DNA of 56,720 nucleotides from an uncultured Rickettsiales bacterium (GTDB taxonomy: Bacteria > Pseudomonadota > Alphaproteobacteria > Rickettsiales > 21-14-0-20-44-7): positions 1 through 56,720 of the forward strand of contig CAZJFC010000004.1 in the NCBI GenBank assembly GCA_964545245.1. Direction: 5' to 3'. The notes beneath the pieces are model-generated. The model saw nothing but the letters and a program-made list of their open reading frames with translations, had not been told where the DNA came from and made no database searches. The position numbers and the translations under genes were made by a program. Positions within the stretch are counted from its first letter, which is position 1. Every line of letters starts with the position of its first letter. Of the stretch, positions 15,001-21,313 are shown in pieces.

Positions 15001-18000
15001 ACCCATTCCGGTAATTTCAATCTGGCCACTGCCGCTTTCGACTTCACTGCTGCCGGTTAGGTAAACACCGTAATTTGTGCTACCAGTTCCGTTACCGCCA
15101 CCGGTGCCGGTCAGTTTTATTGCGCCGCTACCATCCGCTTTTATCTTGGCTCCACCAAGATTTATTCCTCGGCTAGTAGTGCTACCGCCCCCGGTACCTT
15201 CGATTTCAATATCGCCGCTGGTCTGGATTGATGAGCCAGTACTAAGATGAACACCGTAGTTATTGGAGCCAACCGCATTCTGCCCGCCGATACCGCTAAG
15301 GGTGATTTTGCCGCTGGTGCTGGTAATTTTGTTCGTGCCGGAGTTAGAAAGATAAATACCGTAGTTGGTGCCACCCGCGCCGCTGCCGCCGGTGCCAATC
15401 ACCTCAATCTTGCCGCTGTCGCTTTCTATATTTCCAGTGCTAAGGATTACAACACCGTGATTTTCTGCGTCAGATCCGCTACCAGCTATGCCTGTAATTT
15501 TAATTTCGCCGCTTCCAGTAGCCTTAACCACCCCTGCACTGATAAGGACACCGTTTCCCTTGCTTCCGCCTCCGGTACCTTCAATCTCTATATCACCGCC
15601 GGTCTGAACAAGAGAATTACTTCCGTGCAGATAAACTCCTCGATTATCTGCGCTGCCCGTATTCTGCCCGCCGGTACCTTTAAGGATTATGGCTCCCGTG
15701 TTACTGGTAATTTTGTTGGTGCCGGTACTGGCGAGGTATATACCGTAATTGTAGCCGCCAATGCCGCCGCCGCCAATACCCTTTACCTCAATCTTGCCGC
15801 TATCGCTTTGAATGTGGCCACTGTTCTGAATAAGAACACCGTAATTACTGTTAACATCCCCATTTCCGCCTTTACCGGAGATATGGATTTTCCCCCCTCC
15901 ACTGGCTTTAACGGCAGCCCCTTCTATACGGACACCCTGGCTATACGACCCGCCACCTTCGCCTTCAATTTCTATGTCACCACCCGTTTCAACCAATGAG
16001 CCAGTATAAAGATAAACACCATGATTGCCAGAACCAACCGTGTTGCTGCCGCCGTAGCCTTTAAGGGTTATAGCACCTGTATTGCTGGTAATGGTATTAG
16101 TACCAGAGTTAACAAGGAAAATACCGGTATTACTACCGCCGGCATTACTACCGCCTGTACCTGTAATTTCAATCTTACCGCTATCGCTTTCGATTTTTCC
16201 GGTATTGGTGAGAACGATACCATGATTATTCACACCCGTGCCAGCGCCGCCGGTACCGGTGACTTTTATCTCGCCAGTGCCGGTAGTTTTTATAATCCCA
16301 CTATTGCTGACACCATATCCTTTACTAGCGCCGCCACCATAACCTTCAATTTCGATGTTGCCACCGGTACCGATCGATGCACTGCCAAGCCTTACACCAT
16401 AATTGTCATCTCCTGAAGTAGCTGCAACAGTTCCTTTTAGCTTTATATTACCGCTATTGCTGGTAACCTTGCTGCTTTGGTCGACAAGAACACCTGTATT
16501 TAAGCCTGCTATACCATTACCTTCAATATCACCCGTATCGCTGCTGATCTCAGCGCCGTTGGTAATTATAAGCCCGCGGCTAGACGCACTTTCACCCGTC
16601 AGTTTTATGCTGCCTGCGCCACTAGCTTTTACTAAAGTGCCATAAAGATATAAACCATATGCATTTGTCCCGCCGCCACCTGTACCGCTCATTTCAATAT
16701 TGCCGCCGCTTTCAACCAGCACTCCGGTACCCAGGATTATTCCATAATTCTTTGTTCCACCTGCGGCAACCCCACTCCCCGTTAACTTGATTGCACCGCT
16801 GGTACTGGTAATCTTGGCATTACTGCCGTTATTAATATAAATACCATAGTTATTGCCGCCGTCGCCGCTGCCGCCAGTTCCGGTTACATCGATCTTGCCA
16901 CTGTCGCTTTCAATCACGCCGCTGTTGGTAAGGTATACACCATGATTATTCGCGCCGGTTCCTGCGCCGCCGGTTCCCTCAACCGCAATGCTTGCGCCGC
17001 CCGTAGCCCTGATAGTCGCCCCATTGACATATACGCCATAAGCAGAGGCTGCTCCGTCATCAATCCCCGTGGTAGCGGGGTTGCCGTAACCAATGATCGA
17101 TATGTTATTGCCACTTTCTACAAGCGAACCGGTATTAAGAGCAACGCCATAATTATTCTTTGTGTACTTGTTAGCGCCGCCATAACCAGTGATGAATATC
17201 TGCCCGCTGGTACTGGTAATTTTATTTGCACCTGTACCGGATAAAAAAACGCCATAATTACCTTGGTTTCCGCCACTACCACCTTGACCGGTAATATTGA
17301 TAGTGCCGGAAGTGCTCTCTATGGATGAACCGTCAACTAAAACAACACCATAAAGCTGACCGCCCGAATTATAGCCGGCTCCGGAAGCTTTTATATTTCC
17401 GGTGCCGGATTTCAGTGTCGAACCGCTTAAATGCACCCCATGATTATAAGTGGTAGTACCCTTCGCGGCTTTGAATTCTGGGTCGTCATGTCCGCCGAGG
17501 ATAATGTTGCCGCCTGATGAGGTTATGTTGGTGTTGATGAGCGCGATTGCACCGCCACTAACCCCGTCAGTATCGGAGTTAAGAATAACATTCCCGCCGC
17601 CGGAGTTGATATCAAAATCAGTGAGTACAATATCTCTGCCTGCGTTGAAGCGGACATTGCCGCCCGTTGTGGTGCGGGTGGTATTGATGGTGCCTGCTGA
17701 TGAGGTGTAGATATCACCACTCGTTGCAGTGAGCGTGATGTTTCTGTCGGCCACCACATTGAGCGTGTCGCCGCCGAAGTCGAGGTTGATGTAATCATTC
17801 GCGATGAGGTTGATGTGGCTGCCGATGCTCATGGTTTCGAGTTGGGCTACGCTGAATGTGTTCTCCTCATCACCGGGAATTGAGCTGTGTGTAATTGTGA
17901 TATTTGCTGGGTCTAAGAGCCATGTACCTGTGCTACCCTTTGGCGCGGTAGTAAACACCAGCCCGCCAACGGTCAACTTATTTTTCCCAGAGGTCTCCAC

Positions 18001-19218
18001 GAAACCGCCATTGCCGCCTTTCGCGCCGCCCTTCGCTTCGGTATGCCCACGGTAAACGGTTTTATCATCGCTCCAGAAAATTACTTCACCGCCATCACCT
18101 TTTACGATGGCGTTGGCTTTAACGACCGCGCCTTTCTCCACCGTTACATTACGCGCGTTTGGCGTTGCGCCCTTACCTAGATAATCACCACCAATTTTTA
18201 CGCTGCCACCTCCGCTATAGCCGGAAACATCGATTTTCACGGTGGATTTCAGCGTAATATCATCGGCGGTAATAACCACCGAGCCGCCTTTCTGTCCCGC
18301 CTTATTGCCCTTCGCATAAATTTCTGCGCCGACGATAACCTCCGACTTCCCTGCTTTCGGAGTCTTGGCGGAATTTACTCCGCTTGCGCCGATATAAATT
18401 TTCCCATTACGCTGGCCCACGGTATTCGCAACAACGCTTCCACGCACATCAACCAAACTGTTGACTACTTTACGTCCAGCAGCCGCGGTAATATGTATCT
18501 CTCCACCCGAAGCATTGATTGCACCAGTATTTTTCACAAGCTGGGATTTCACGCCATCACTGACTTTCACCTCTATCAGCCCATCACCATACATATCCAA
18601 CGTGAAACTATCACCGGATACAAGCTGCGCCTTACCCAGCTTGGCATTTATGGTTCCGCTGTTAGAAACATTCGGAGCAACCAGCCCCACCAGCCCTGCC
18701 TCCTTCACAGTAATGGTACCTTCGTTTATTACTGATGCATTCGGATCACCGGGTTTGGTGAACTTGATGTTTCCACCTTTCATGAATTGCTTGCTGTCCA
18801 CATCAGCAGTCGTAGCAACAATGCTGTTGACATCCACCTTGGAGCCTTTACCGAACATCACCCCATTCGGATTAACAAGTATGACATTTCCGTTCGCTGT
18901 CAACGTTCCCATTACCTTGGAAGGAGTGTTGCCACCAATACGGTTAAGTGCTATCGCACGACGGCCCGGCTGGTGGAATTGCGTGTGCTCATCAAGCTGA
19001 ATATTGAATTCACGCCAATCAATAACAACACGCTGTGATTTCTGGTGGATATCAAGCTTTTTACCCTTCTCGCTGATTGTGGCGGAACCGCCTTTTACCA
19101 CCCCTCCTTCCGGATTAGCCTGCACAGAAAACGGCAAGCCCACCATAAGCGCAATTGCGGTTGCCTGCCTAACACCAGACAGTATCGTGGAGGTCGTCAG
19201 TAATTGATGTGCGCTCAT
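1..19218 (-). CDS. Giant two-partner-secretion exoprotein (TpsA, filamentous-haemagglutinin-like adhesin); N-terminus at 19218, C-terminus beyond the left window edge (at least 6406 codons in window)
   Basis: ATG at 19218-19216. The reverse frame must stay open to nt 1, because a stop would have produced a listed minus-strand ORF; the listed minus ORFs here are all in another frame. Hand translation starts MSAHQLLTTSTILSGVRQATAIALMVGLPFSVQA/NPEGG, followed by TPS-domain blocks and then Gly-rich beta-helix-type repeats. The TpsB partner gene is adjacent. Confidence 0.92.
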   Translation of the reverse strand, partial: MSAHQLLTTSTILSGVRQATAIALMVGLPFSVQANPEGGVVKGGSATISEKGKKLDIHQKSQRVVIDWREFNIQLDEHTQFHQPGRRAIALNRIGGNTPSKVMGTLTANGNVILVNPNGVMFGKGSKVDVNSIVATTADVDSKQFMKGGNIKFTKPGDPNASVINEGTITVKEAGLVGLVAPNVSNSGTINAKLGKAQLVSGDSFTLDMYGDGLIEVKVSDGVKSQLVKNTGAINASGGEIHITAAAGRKVVNSLVDVRGSVVANTVGQRNGKIYIGASGVNSAKTPKAGKSEVIVGAEIYAKGNKAGQKGGSVVITADDITLKSTVKIDVSGYSGGGSVKIGGDYLGKGATPNARNVTVEKGAVVKANAIVKGDGGEVIFWSDDKTVYRGHTEAKGGAKGGNGGFVETSGKNKLTVGGLVFTTAPKGSTGTWLLDPANITITHSSIPGDEENTFSVAQLETMSIGSHINLIANDYINLDFGGDTLNVVADRNITLTATSGDIYTSSAGTINTTRTTTGGNVRFNAGRDIVLTDFDINSGGGNVILNSDTDGVSGGAIALINTNITSSGGNIILGGHDDPEFKAAKGTTTYNHGVHLSGSTLKSGTGNIKASGAGYNSGGQLYGVVLVDGSSIESTSGTINITGQGGSGGNQGNYGVFLSGTGANKITSTSGQIFITGYGGANKYTKNNYGVALNTGSLVESGNNISIIGYGNPATTGIDDGAASAYGVYVNGATIRATGGASIAVEGTGGAGTGANNHGVYLTNSGVIESDSGKIDVTGTGGSGDGGNNYGIYINNGSNAKITSTSGAIKLTGSGVAAGGTKNYGIILGTGVLVESGGNIEMSGTGGGGTNAYGLYLYGTLVKASGAGSIKLTGESASSRGLIITNGAEISSDTGDIEGNGIAGLNTGVLVDQSSKVTSNSGNIKLKGTVAATSGDDNYGVRLGSASIGTGGNIEIEGYGGGASKGYGVSNSGIIKTTGTGEIKVTGTGGAGTGVNNHGIVLTNTGKIESDSGKIEITGTGGSNAGGSNTGIFLVNSGTNTITSNTGAITLKGYGGSNTVGSGNHGVYLYTGSLVETGGDIEIEGEGGGSYSQGVRIEGAAVKASGGGKIHISGKGGNGDVNSNYGVLIQNSGHIQSDSGKIEVKGIGGGGIGGYNYGIYLASTGTNKITSNTGAIILKGTGGQNTGSADNRGVYLHGSNSLVQTGGDIEIEGTGGGSKGNGVLISAGVVKATGSGEIKITGIAGSGSDAENHGVVILSTGNIESDSGKIEVIGTGGSGAGGTNYGIYLSNSGTNKITSTSGKITLSGIGGQNAVGSNNYGVHLSTGSSIQTSGDIEIEGTGGGSTTSRGINLGGAKIKADGSGAIKLTGTGGGNGTGSTNYGVYLTGSSEVESGSGQIEITGMGGDGSGANNKGIYFNSSGTNKVISNSGNIKLVGYGGSYSNSSGNRAIDLDTGSLVETGGDIEVWGYSGPHGRGLQLTGGVIRATGAGEIRIFGEGGSVNGTGVSLTDDSSIESDSGKIEVTGLAGGGAGGKYGIHLSSIGINKITSNTGAIILKGDAGNKATASDNYGFFLNTNSLIQTGGNIDIEGKGVGNANGYGVYISGGTVKTTGTGEIKITGEGSNGAGAGNYGVHLNNSGVIESASGKVEITGTGGSGAGGTNYGIFLSGSAAKITSNTGKIVLKGYGGSDAAASDNYGVYLNAGSLVQTGGNIEIAGTSGGETNGWAVYMAGSTVKATGTGTITIDGEGSSGSGANNYGVFLTNSGKIESDSGKIEVTGTGGVEAGNGNTGIRIAAGHIKSTSGNINLSGNGGAIEDREVTNIYNHGVQLVHSNALIQTGGNIEIEGTAGGSKNGYGITVENGGTIKTTGTGEIKLTGEGGDGKGISNYGTLITTGSKVESEAGDITIIGTGGLESEEGSGGGVRINTNAVIKSTDGGDIRITGYGGTGADNNNGVEIRNGASILVDDGSIIEITGTRGEGADSYDIYTGTSGNGITIGDVTKANNIILNMDDYSIAGTVIQTSDEGSVTIRTRTDGRTIGINGGGDLDIANDFIGNITTGNLIIGSSKAGALTSNLASWGSNLTYLSGDDITIASAIDVDGDFTLTSSGAERFININDDISVGNNQNLTLTADDLEINGKLFGTGGELTLRTYSNNRHIYINRDAGAAIQISTPEVANIQNGWGKINLDHRDGGHNVFGDVTWYDPLSTSGSSSYLYGDIVGLDDASFNFGYSVVGKGSISSLTDITFGSLGVYWAGETYTINAGGTLKIGAVSRTYNNANSIGPVGGSVNATAKTINLTNTWQGHATYGELGTINLTAEDSIVLRKMTADNIFITTTGADSTITTGGLLTATNGGEITLAAAGDVLVNHNITGSGGDIIFNSDTDETNGGAIVLTNAVVDSGGGNIILGGGDDPLNKTALGNAANAYGILLDNSKLSSGAGDIKITGEGYGSGGVRYGVRLFNNSTIESDSGAIEVIGTGGAGNGTENYGVVLSQGSTNKITSNTGAITLKGYGGSNGTNKGYGVYLNSANSLVQTGGDINIEGIAGGTGNNGIGVVLNGGVVKATGTGSVKINGEGSGGTASSNHGVLLNNGGKIASDSGSIEVTGAGGSGTGGSNTGIQLSNTGTNKITSNTGEIILKGTGGQNAAGEYNYGVYLYTNSLVQTGGNIKIEGEGGGQSVIRGVSVNGATVKATGSGQITITGTGGAGSGYGVFIANSGIIESDSGKIEITGTGGGDSGGSNHGIYLSNSGTNKIISNTGAITLKGTGGQNAAGDNNYGVYLYTNSFVETADNIDIEGEGGGNNGGHGVYLNGGVVKTTGSGEVKIVATGGSGDGASNYGIHLNNSSVIESDSGKIEITGTGGSGSGGGNHGIFVNNSGKIKSNSGDIEMKGTGGIGAGGSHQGVYLGGSGSNEISSNTGNIKLIGYGTSNTAGSGIHAVSIQPNSSVQTGGNIEIEGISGNANGYGVYLKAATIKTAGTGEVKITGTGGAGTGAKNYGIYLNDSGIIESDSGKIEITGTGGGDSGGSNHGIYLSNSGTNKIISNTGAITLKGTGGQNAAGDNNYGVYLYTNSFVETADNIEIEGKGGGNNNGSGVYIEGSSVKATGTGSIKITGEGSNGAGSDNYGVYLNNSGVIESDSGAIAVTGTGGSGTGTTHNSGIYLSGTGINKIISNTGKITLKGTAGQNVSGENNSGVYLNSNSLVQTGGNIEIEGKGGGSGSGSHGVFIRKATVEATGTGEIKITGVVSDGAGNNNRGVMLSSNGKVESDSGKIEIIGTAGAGTNSGNMGVVLSGTSGTDNRITSNSGDIIVTGTGGGGSNSIGIYIGSAGTIDTVDGNIKLNGIGGSGPNGWHGIQFNNGGKVLAYGEGTIELTGTRGAAVGSYDIYSSEGSNVIGDINSANNIILNADNHSLSDIAIQTSDEGSVTIRPRTDGKTVSVNGGGGDLDVTSGLLDQITTGNLIVGSSKAGALTSNLASWGTNLTYLSGDNINIDSAIDVGGDFALTSSGAEKFININDDISVGNNKDLTLVADDIKIDGNLSGTGGRLWLGTYNSLATRVNSAGDGMQIDTDELARIQNGWGQIRIGYGGGNVHLGESTWYDPLLVKRPVYLKGDVTGLDDASLTFDGVINAYGGANISSLTDINLNNTVLMRTGGIITFNAGGNISFKGVTTSTGGAGGSITASADTISLNGAWKGDLAYGELGTIDLISVNALTLPEMQAENIYITVTGADQGITTGNKLTSVNGGEIILAAAGNVLVNHNVTGSGGDIIFNSDTDETDGGAIVLTSAVVDSGGGNIILGGGDDPENKAAKGKSGSTVGIHLTTGSKLSSGVGNITLTGASYTGGGTPQAIRLHDGSTIESDSGNITLTGVGDPASTGTSHGIILTGTGVNKIISNTGNIKLDGEGNSSATANTSGVMLHTNSLVQTGGDIEILGKGGGAASVQGVRIDGATVKTTGTGKIKINGEGSDGNNANKYGIALVNSGVIETATGQIDIFGTGGAGDGGGNYGVVLSDSGGNKVVSGSGNINIKAYGGSSLSGAGNSGLWVKAGALIQTGGNIDIEGKGGGGKQSSGVRIEGGTIQAKGSGNIKVHGTGGDGSIVEVFGNYGIVMAAAGQIKSDSGEIDITGIGGSGTNGLNYGIYLNNSANKITSTSGKITLNGTGGQNAAGDNNYGVYLYTGSLVQTGGNIEMEGKGGGNAYGYGVYINAATVKVTDSGEIEVTGEGGNGSGAHNYGVVQSNSGVIESDTGNIEVTGTGGTGAGGNNRGIYLTDAGTNKITSNTGKIMLKGTGGQNAAGSSNYGIILHTNSLVQTGGDIDIEGESGGNTTGYGVLLSSAKVKTTGEIVIKGYGSKQGTTTSNVGVGITGGGKVESTTGKITIYGEGGTGTHGNNGVNITGNILTTDGGDIDIYGKSTAVGDSSLVTGNYGILMNTGTVKTESTGNIRMEGIGSAASTDKFNIGVYVYNTSNIFTDEGDITITGTGGGFAPGANYGVGMSTGVNKITSTGGGDITVTAISPNSPAFSVSASDIIGDVSSDSDIELIFDSYTGVPASINTSADGSVTFRPYTDSKTIAVGSGAADILYSTALLSKVTTGNLIIGSSKAGALTSNLAEWGSNLTYLSNDNITIASAIEVDGDFVMTSSGAGKFININDAVTVGTGSDLTMTADDMGINANLTGDGGEITLRPYDSLRQTRINYGGGGLQLNTAEISKIQDGWGKINIGQSTAGMFIGDVTFYDPFYGIGTNIYLFNSIAGLDDASVNFTTGAASHIMLIGTDVSSLTDINLNGNIRTRSSDTNTFTAGGTLTFGGYITTSADLAGNPGGGAGASIIAATDTINFNGAWMGYVDGDLGTIDVTAVNSLLLPMMQAENIYITVTGSGNTITSNKLTAVNDGNITLTSDAITINDAIDGTGTLTLKPYTDGKTIGYASGSGVFKVDATELDKISTDWSHLVFGSSKAGKIMIGSYTWLNDLTFLGNSINFEGVEFKIGGNLTALSGSNIVVNGNIVKDSGDDADLILRADTGIAVTGTIKSTHNKLNIELNGDANNLDGGHARIEGAYIDSNGGDILVNGEGCSSYNYGVRLNAASKILSGDGDITITGVGYNDDDGNSRYGIGIADGSTVESTGGKITLNGTGGNGNGTKNYGVILNNDGVIKSDSGEIEITGTGGGGTGGSNYGIYLSDTGTNKITSNTGKIMLTGNGGNNASGSGNLGVYLKAGSLVQTEGDIEIEGAGSIAGTGQGVYITGGTVKTTGDGAIKITGQGGNGNASGNYGVVLDNSGKIESGSGSIEIEGTGGGGSGGNNRGIHLTGTGDNKIISDTGSIKLAGFGGTNISGSAHHGVHLNVGSLVQSGGNIEIEGKSGGGSNGQGVFIEGGTIKATGTGSIEITAESEAVGNQAHGLFIKGDGQIISDEGNIVITGTSHATTSSSNGGITFSSHGTTGNKVSSNSGDITIIGIGGAGDETANVGVYVGSKGIVESVSGYIKLTGTGGSNAGASGTHGIHLSGGAKITSSDSSTIELTGIKGAGADSYDIFADGTGNIIGNIAKANNVILNMDDYSIAGTVIQTNDAGSVTIRPRTDGKTVAVTSGAADVVYGTDLTNAITTGHLIIGSTKAGALTSNLASWASDLTFLSGNDITIASALDIGGNFLADAEQDVIVNAKIDKTTGDDAELWLKAKRNVLVNADITSNNNKLDVILNSDSDEIDGGRIAMTGATITTNGGDITLGGGDAPESKAAMGWAGNIEGIKLSASKLISGAGTVLVNGEGYDTGGSAYGVFLTGTSAIESDSGEIKVMGTGGAGDGGNNNGIYLSNTGTNKITSNTGKITLNGTGGQNMAGSNNSGIYLQGVTSLVQTGGDIEIEGKGGGINGTGILSTARIVNNGTGSITLEGHSGAGTDNNYGINISGRIEAGANSGKIKLSGTSYGTGDNNIGFRTSNGVISSLSGEDIIIFGQGSESALGKENHGVHLNGTTSLIENNTGKLSIEGIGGTGASSDGVRAGQTITSHGDIEIKGESTLSPGVRVGNRTIQALGGADVIIDGSSGSYFGVHLVSNGMIKSEQGDIKIKAYGGNTGFFTNSGANNEISTTGGNIEITTTNGFNTDNTGKFHAGGDGDIIIKNTDKRIYLTGSDISTANGDIILESTQSKNGGSSAILTGGVIKAGGTGKIEIKGTGGSEATGNNNIGVWIKGQIESASGDINITGIGTSTGGSKNHGVYISDSASVISTDDGDITITGTKGSGANSRDIAFETGHNVIGGGGTNNIIFNADNIGIISDTAAIGTASTGSVTFTPRTAETAINVAGGVGGLELTTGILDSITTGTLNIGREDGEGDINIGAYSNWGSDVYLVSGSGDITLTGAQDLDDNDFSAVTHDGANITLAAVTANSIFARTIGASDIIL
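9962..10196. repeat. Copy 1 of a perfect 235-bp direct repeat inside tpsA
   Basis: Base-for-base identical to 10823-11057 when the printed lines are aligned. The offset is 861 bp, which is 287 codons and therefore in frame. Confidence 0.9.
10823..11057. repeat. Copy 2 of the perfect 235-bp direct repeat inside tpsA
   Basis: Identical to 9962-10196. The flanks diverge at 9961/10822 and 10197/11058. Confidence 0.9.
18409..19218 (-). other. Signal peptide plus TPS (haemagglutination-activity) secretion domain of the TpsA protein
   Basis: Hand translation gives NPEGGVVKGGSATISEKGKKLDIHQKSQRVVIDWREFNIQLDEHTQFHQPGRRAIALNRIGGNTPSKVMGTLTANGNVILVNPNGVMFGKGSKVDV. These are the conserved NPxGG / FNI / ALNR / NPNG blocks of TPS domains. 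The C-terminal boundary is approximate. Confidence 0.8.
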
Positions 19219-19401
19219 CTTAACTTAAATTATCCGCCAGATACATTACAATTAGGTTAATTTATCATACAATTTGTGGATTTTTCTTAAACAGAACGAC
19301 TTATCCAAATCATTGTTTTATATGCTTTTTTAAAAATTGATGGCCTTTCTCGAACTTTTTGATTAAGGTCAGCCTGAAAATTTCTACTGGAAACATTAAT
19401 T

Positions 19402-21096
19402 TTGAAAATTATCACATATTTTCAGGGAGTTATGTTTGCGTCATTATCGTTGTTCACGGCTGCGTCCGTGGATGCCGTTGCGCAATCCCCAGTTGGGCCT
19501 GCGGATATTGACAGGATACGCAGTCTACAAGAAAGGTTTGTTGCGCCACAACCTGTTGACGAAACAGTGATTTCCAAACCTAAAGAGCAGCCGGTAGACG
19601 CACCCGAAGGGGCAGACGAAATCCTAATTACAATCAAATCCATAAAATTCAATGGAGTAACAGCTTTTTCCGAAGATGAGATTAAACCTATATATGAGGA
19701 ATATATTGGAAAGGAAACTACTCTGGATACTCTTTGGCTTGTTGCCCAACAGCTTACCAAAAAATACCATGCGCACGGCTACTCCCTATCTCGCGCCTAT
19801 ATCCCCGTACAGGAGGTAGAAGACGGTAATGTTTCCATAAATGTAGTTGAAGGCTTTATCAGCACTGTAGGATTTAGTAATAATGCCAAACCAAATAATC
19901 CAACAAAGCAAATCATTAACAGAATAATATCTCAAAAACCCTTAAATATACCTTCACTTGAAGATAGCTTATTAAAACTTAACGATCTACCTGGATATTC
20001 ATACCGCGCAATCATTGAAGCTGGAGAAGGCTTAGAGGATGATGGATCATTACATCTTACATTGATTCCGGTGGAAAAGCGCAGTGCCGGGCTTATCACT
20101 ATAGATAACTACGGCTCGCGTTACCTTGGCCCGCATGAAGTAACCGGAATTTACAGCACATCCTTACTTGATATAGCAGATATTACCGTATCCGGCCTTT
20201 TTACTCCGCACGATGATGAACTTAGATATGGCGGACTTAGCAATAAATTTTACCTCTTTCCAGAATTAAGCATCGAAACTTATGGTAGCTATACAACAGC
20301 AACTCCAGGATATTTATTGAAAATCAGCGAAATAGACAGCCAGTCCACAACCCTTGGTATCGCCGCTAAATACCAGCTCACACGGCAGCGTGAGTATAAT
20401 ATGGCGTTAAGACTTTCACTTGTAGGCAGGAACACCAACACTGATTTGATAAACACAGCATTAGTACGTGACCGCGTAAGAGTAGCCGGGATTGAGTTTT
20501 TAGCTGATTTTAGTGATCCTCTAGGGGGTTATAGCGACCTCAATTTCAAAATCAGTCGAGGGCTCGACATTTTTGGCGCCAGCCAGGAAGGAGAACTCAA
20601 CCTTTCCCGTGGTAAGGCAACACCGCATTTTACAAAAGTCCAGATTGATGCTGAACGTATACAAGCTTTGGATAATGATTGGTCTTTTGCAACAAAACTC
20701 TCAAGCCAGTGGTCTGACAACCCCTTGTTCTCATCAGAGCAATTTGGTTATGGCGGAATCAGCCTTGGAAGAGCCTATGACGCCTCTGAAATCACCGGGG
20801 ATTCTGGCCTTTCATTCTCATTCGAGCTTAGATATGACGGCTTGGGCCAATTCAGCTGGGTAGCTCTTACACCTTACGGTTTCTATGATATTGGCAAAAT
20901 CTGGAACAAAGATTCAACACAAGTACATCATCAAAGCGCATCCTCAGCTGGTTTTGGACTTCGGGCAGTAACAAACATTAATGTTTCGGCTGATATAGGT
21001 CTTGCCTATCCTCTTACACATGACATATCTGCCCCTCTTTACGGTGCTGACAAAGATGACCCGCGTTTACTATTCTCTATCAACTATAATTTTTAA
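19402..21096 (+). CDS. TpsB outer-membrane transporter (ShlB/FhaC/HecB family haemolysin secretion/activation protein)
   Basis: 564-aa ORF with a TTG start in the track; ATG at 19432 gives MFASLSLFTAASVDAVA/Q as a signal peptide. It has a POTRA-like N-terminal part and a beta-barrel-like C-terminus ending SINYNF. It is divergent from tpsA across a 183-bp AT-rich spacer. Confidence 0.85.
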   Translation: MKIITYFQGVMFASLSLFTAASVDAVAQSPVGPADIDRIRSLQERFVAPQPVDETVISKPKEQPVDAPEGADEILITIKSIKFNGVTAFSEDEIKPIYEEYIGKETTLDTLWLVAQQLTKKYHAHGYSLSRAYIPVQEVEDGNVSINVVEGFISTVGFSNNAKPNNPTKQIINRIISQKPLNIPSLEDSLLKLNDLPGYSYRAIIEAGEGLEDDGSLHLTLIPVEKRSAGLITIDNYGSRYLGPHEVTGIYSTSLLDIADITVSGLFTPHDDELRYGGLSNKFYLFPELSIETYGSYTTATPGYLLKISEIDSQSTTLGIAAKYQLTRQREYNMALRLSLVGRNTNTDLINTALVRDRVRVAGIEFLADFSDPLGGYSDLNFKISRGLDIFGASQEGELNLSRGKATPHFTKVQIDAERIQALDNDWSFATKLSSQWSDNPLFSSEQFGYGGISLGRAYDASEITGDSGLSFSFELRYDGLGQFSWVALTPYGFYDIGKIWNKDSTQVHHQSASSAGFGLRAVTNINVSADIGLAYPLTHDISAPLYGADKDDPRLLFSINYNF

Positions 21097-21313
21097 TCTG
21101 CTCGCCATATACTGGCTCAAAGAAGAGAATAAGAAAAATTTGGCGAAGACCATTCATATTGGTATGCTGACTTAAATATCAAAATCAACTGGATTATTAC
21201 TTTTACCCTATACTTCAGGCAACAACCAGCCCGTAAAGTCAATGCCGAACACCTTGGAGACTGCGGTACAAACTTCATCGTATGCTTCATGCCAATTACC
21301 ACAGCTAAAAGGC

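Larger units (their letters stand above)
450..17430. repeat. Nested in-frame coding repeats inside tpsA: about 365-390-bp (about 128-aa) Gly-rich units grouped into at least 5 super-modules of 2-5.5 kb
   Basis: An LVQTGG(N/D)I(E/D)IEG-type landmark (plus strand ...accggtctggacaag...) recurs near 14085, 14470, 14835, 15225, 15600 and 15990. It also recurs over 9585-11600 and 6265-7420, and near 3150, 3535 and 1636. The arrays are separated by a longer unit carrying GNLI(I/V)GSSKAGALTSNLA(S/E)WG near 2320-2395, 5345-5430, 8765-8840 and 12965-13040. GGDIIFNSDTDE-type segments lie near 2000-2110, 4000-4100, 7790-7930, 11960-12110 and 17470-17600. All boundaries were read by eye. Confidence 0.75.

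Noticed and set aside
450-17430. Regularly spaced repeats that could be mistaken for a CRISPR array or non-coding satellite
   Set aside because: The repeat period is about 365-390 bp, with no short unique spacers. The units are diverged copies that stay in one open reading frame and encode Gly-rich beta-helix-type repeats. This is coding repetition, not CRISPR.
5-19207. Dozens of plus-strand ORFs over the first 19 kb (for example 12700-13707 at 335 aa, 15247-15999 at 250 aa and 18461-19000), plus seven short minus-strand ORFs
   Set aside because: They are antisense or off-frame shadows of the giant tpsA reading frame. Their translations are low-complexity (P/S/L/I-rich or A/G/T-rich), with no motifs or starts in a sensible context. 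The minus-strand ones are all in a single other frame. GGN/ACC-rich repeats naturally suppress stops in alternative frames.
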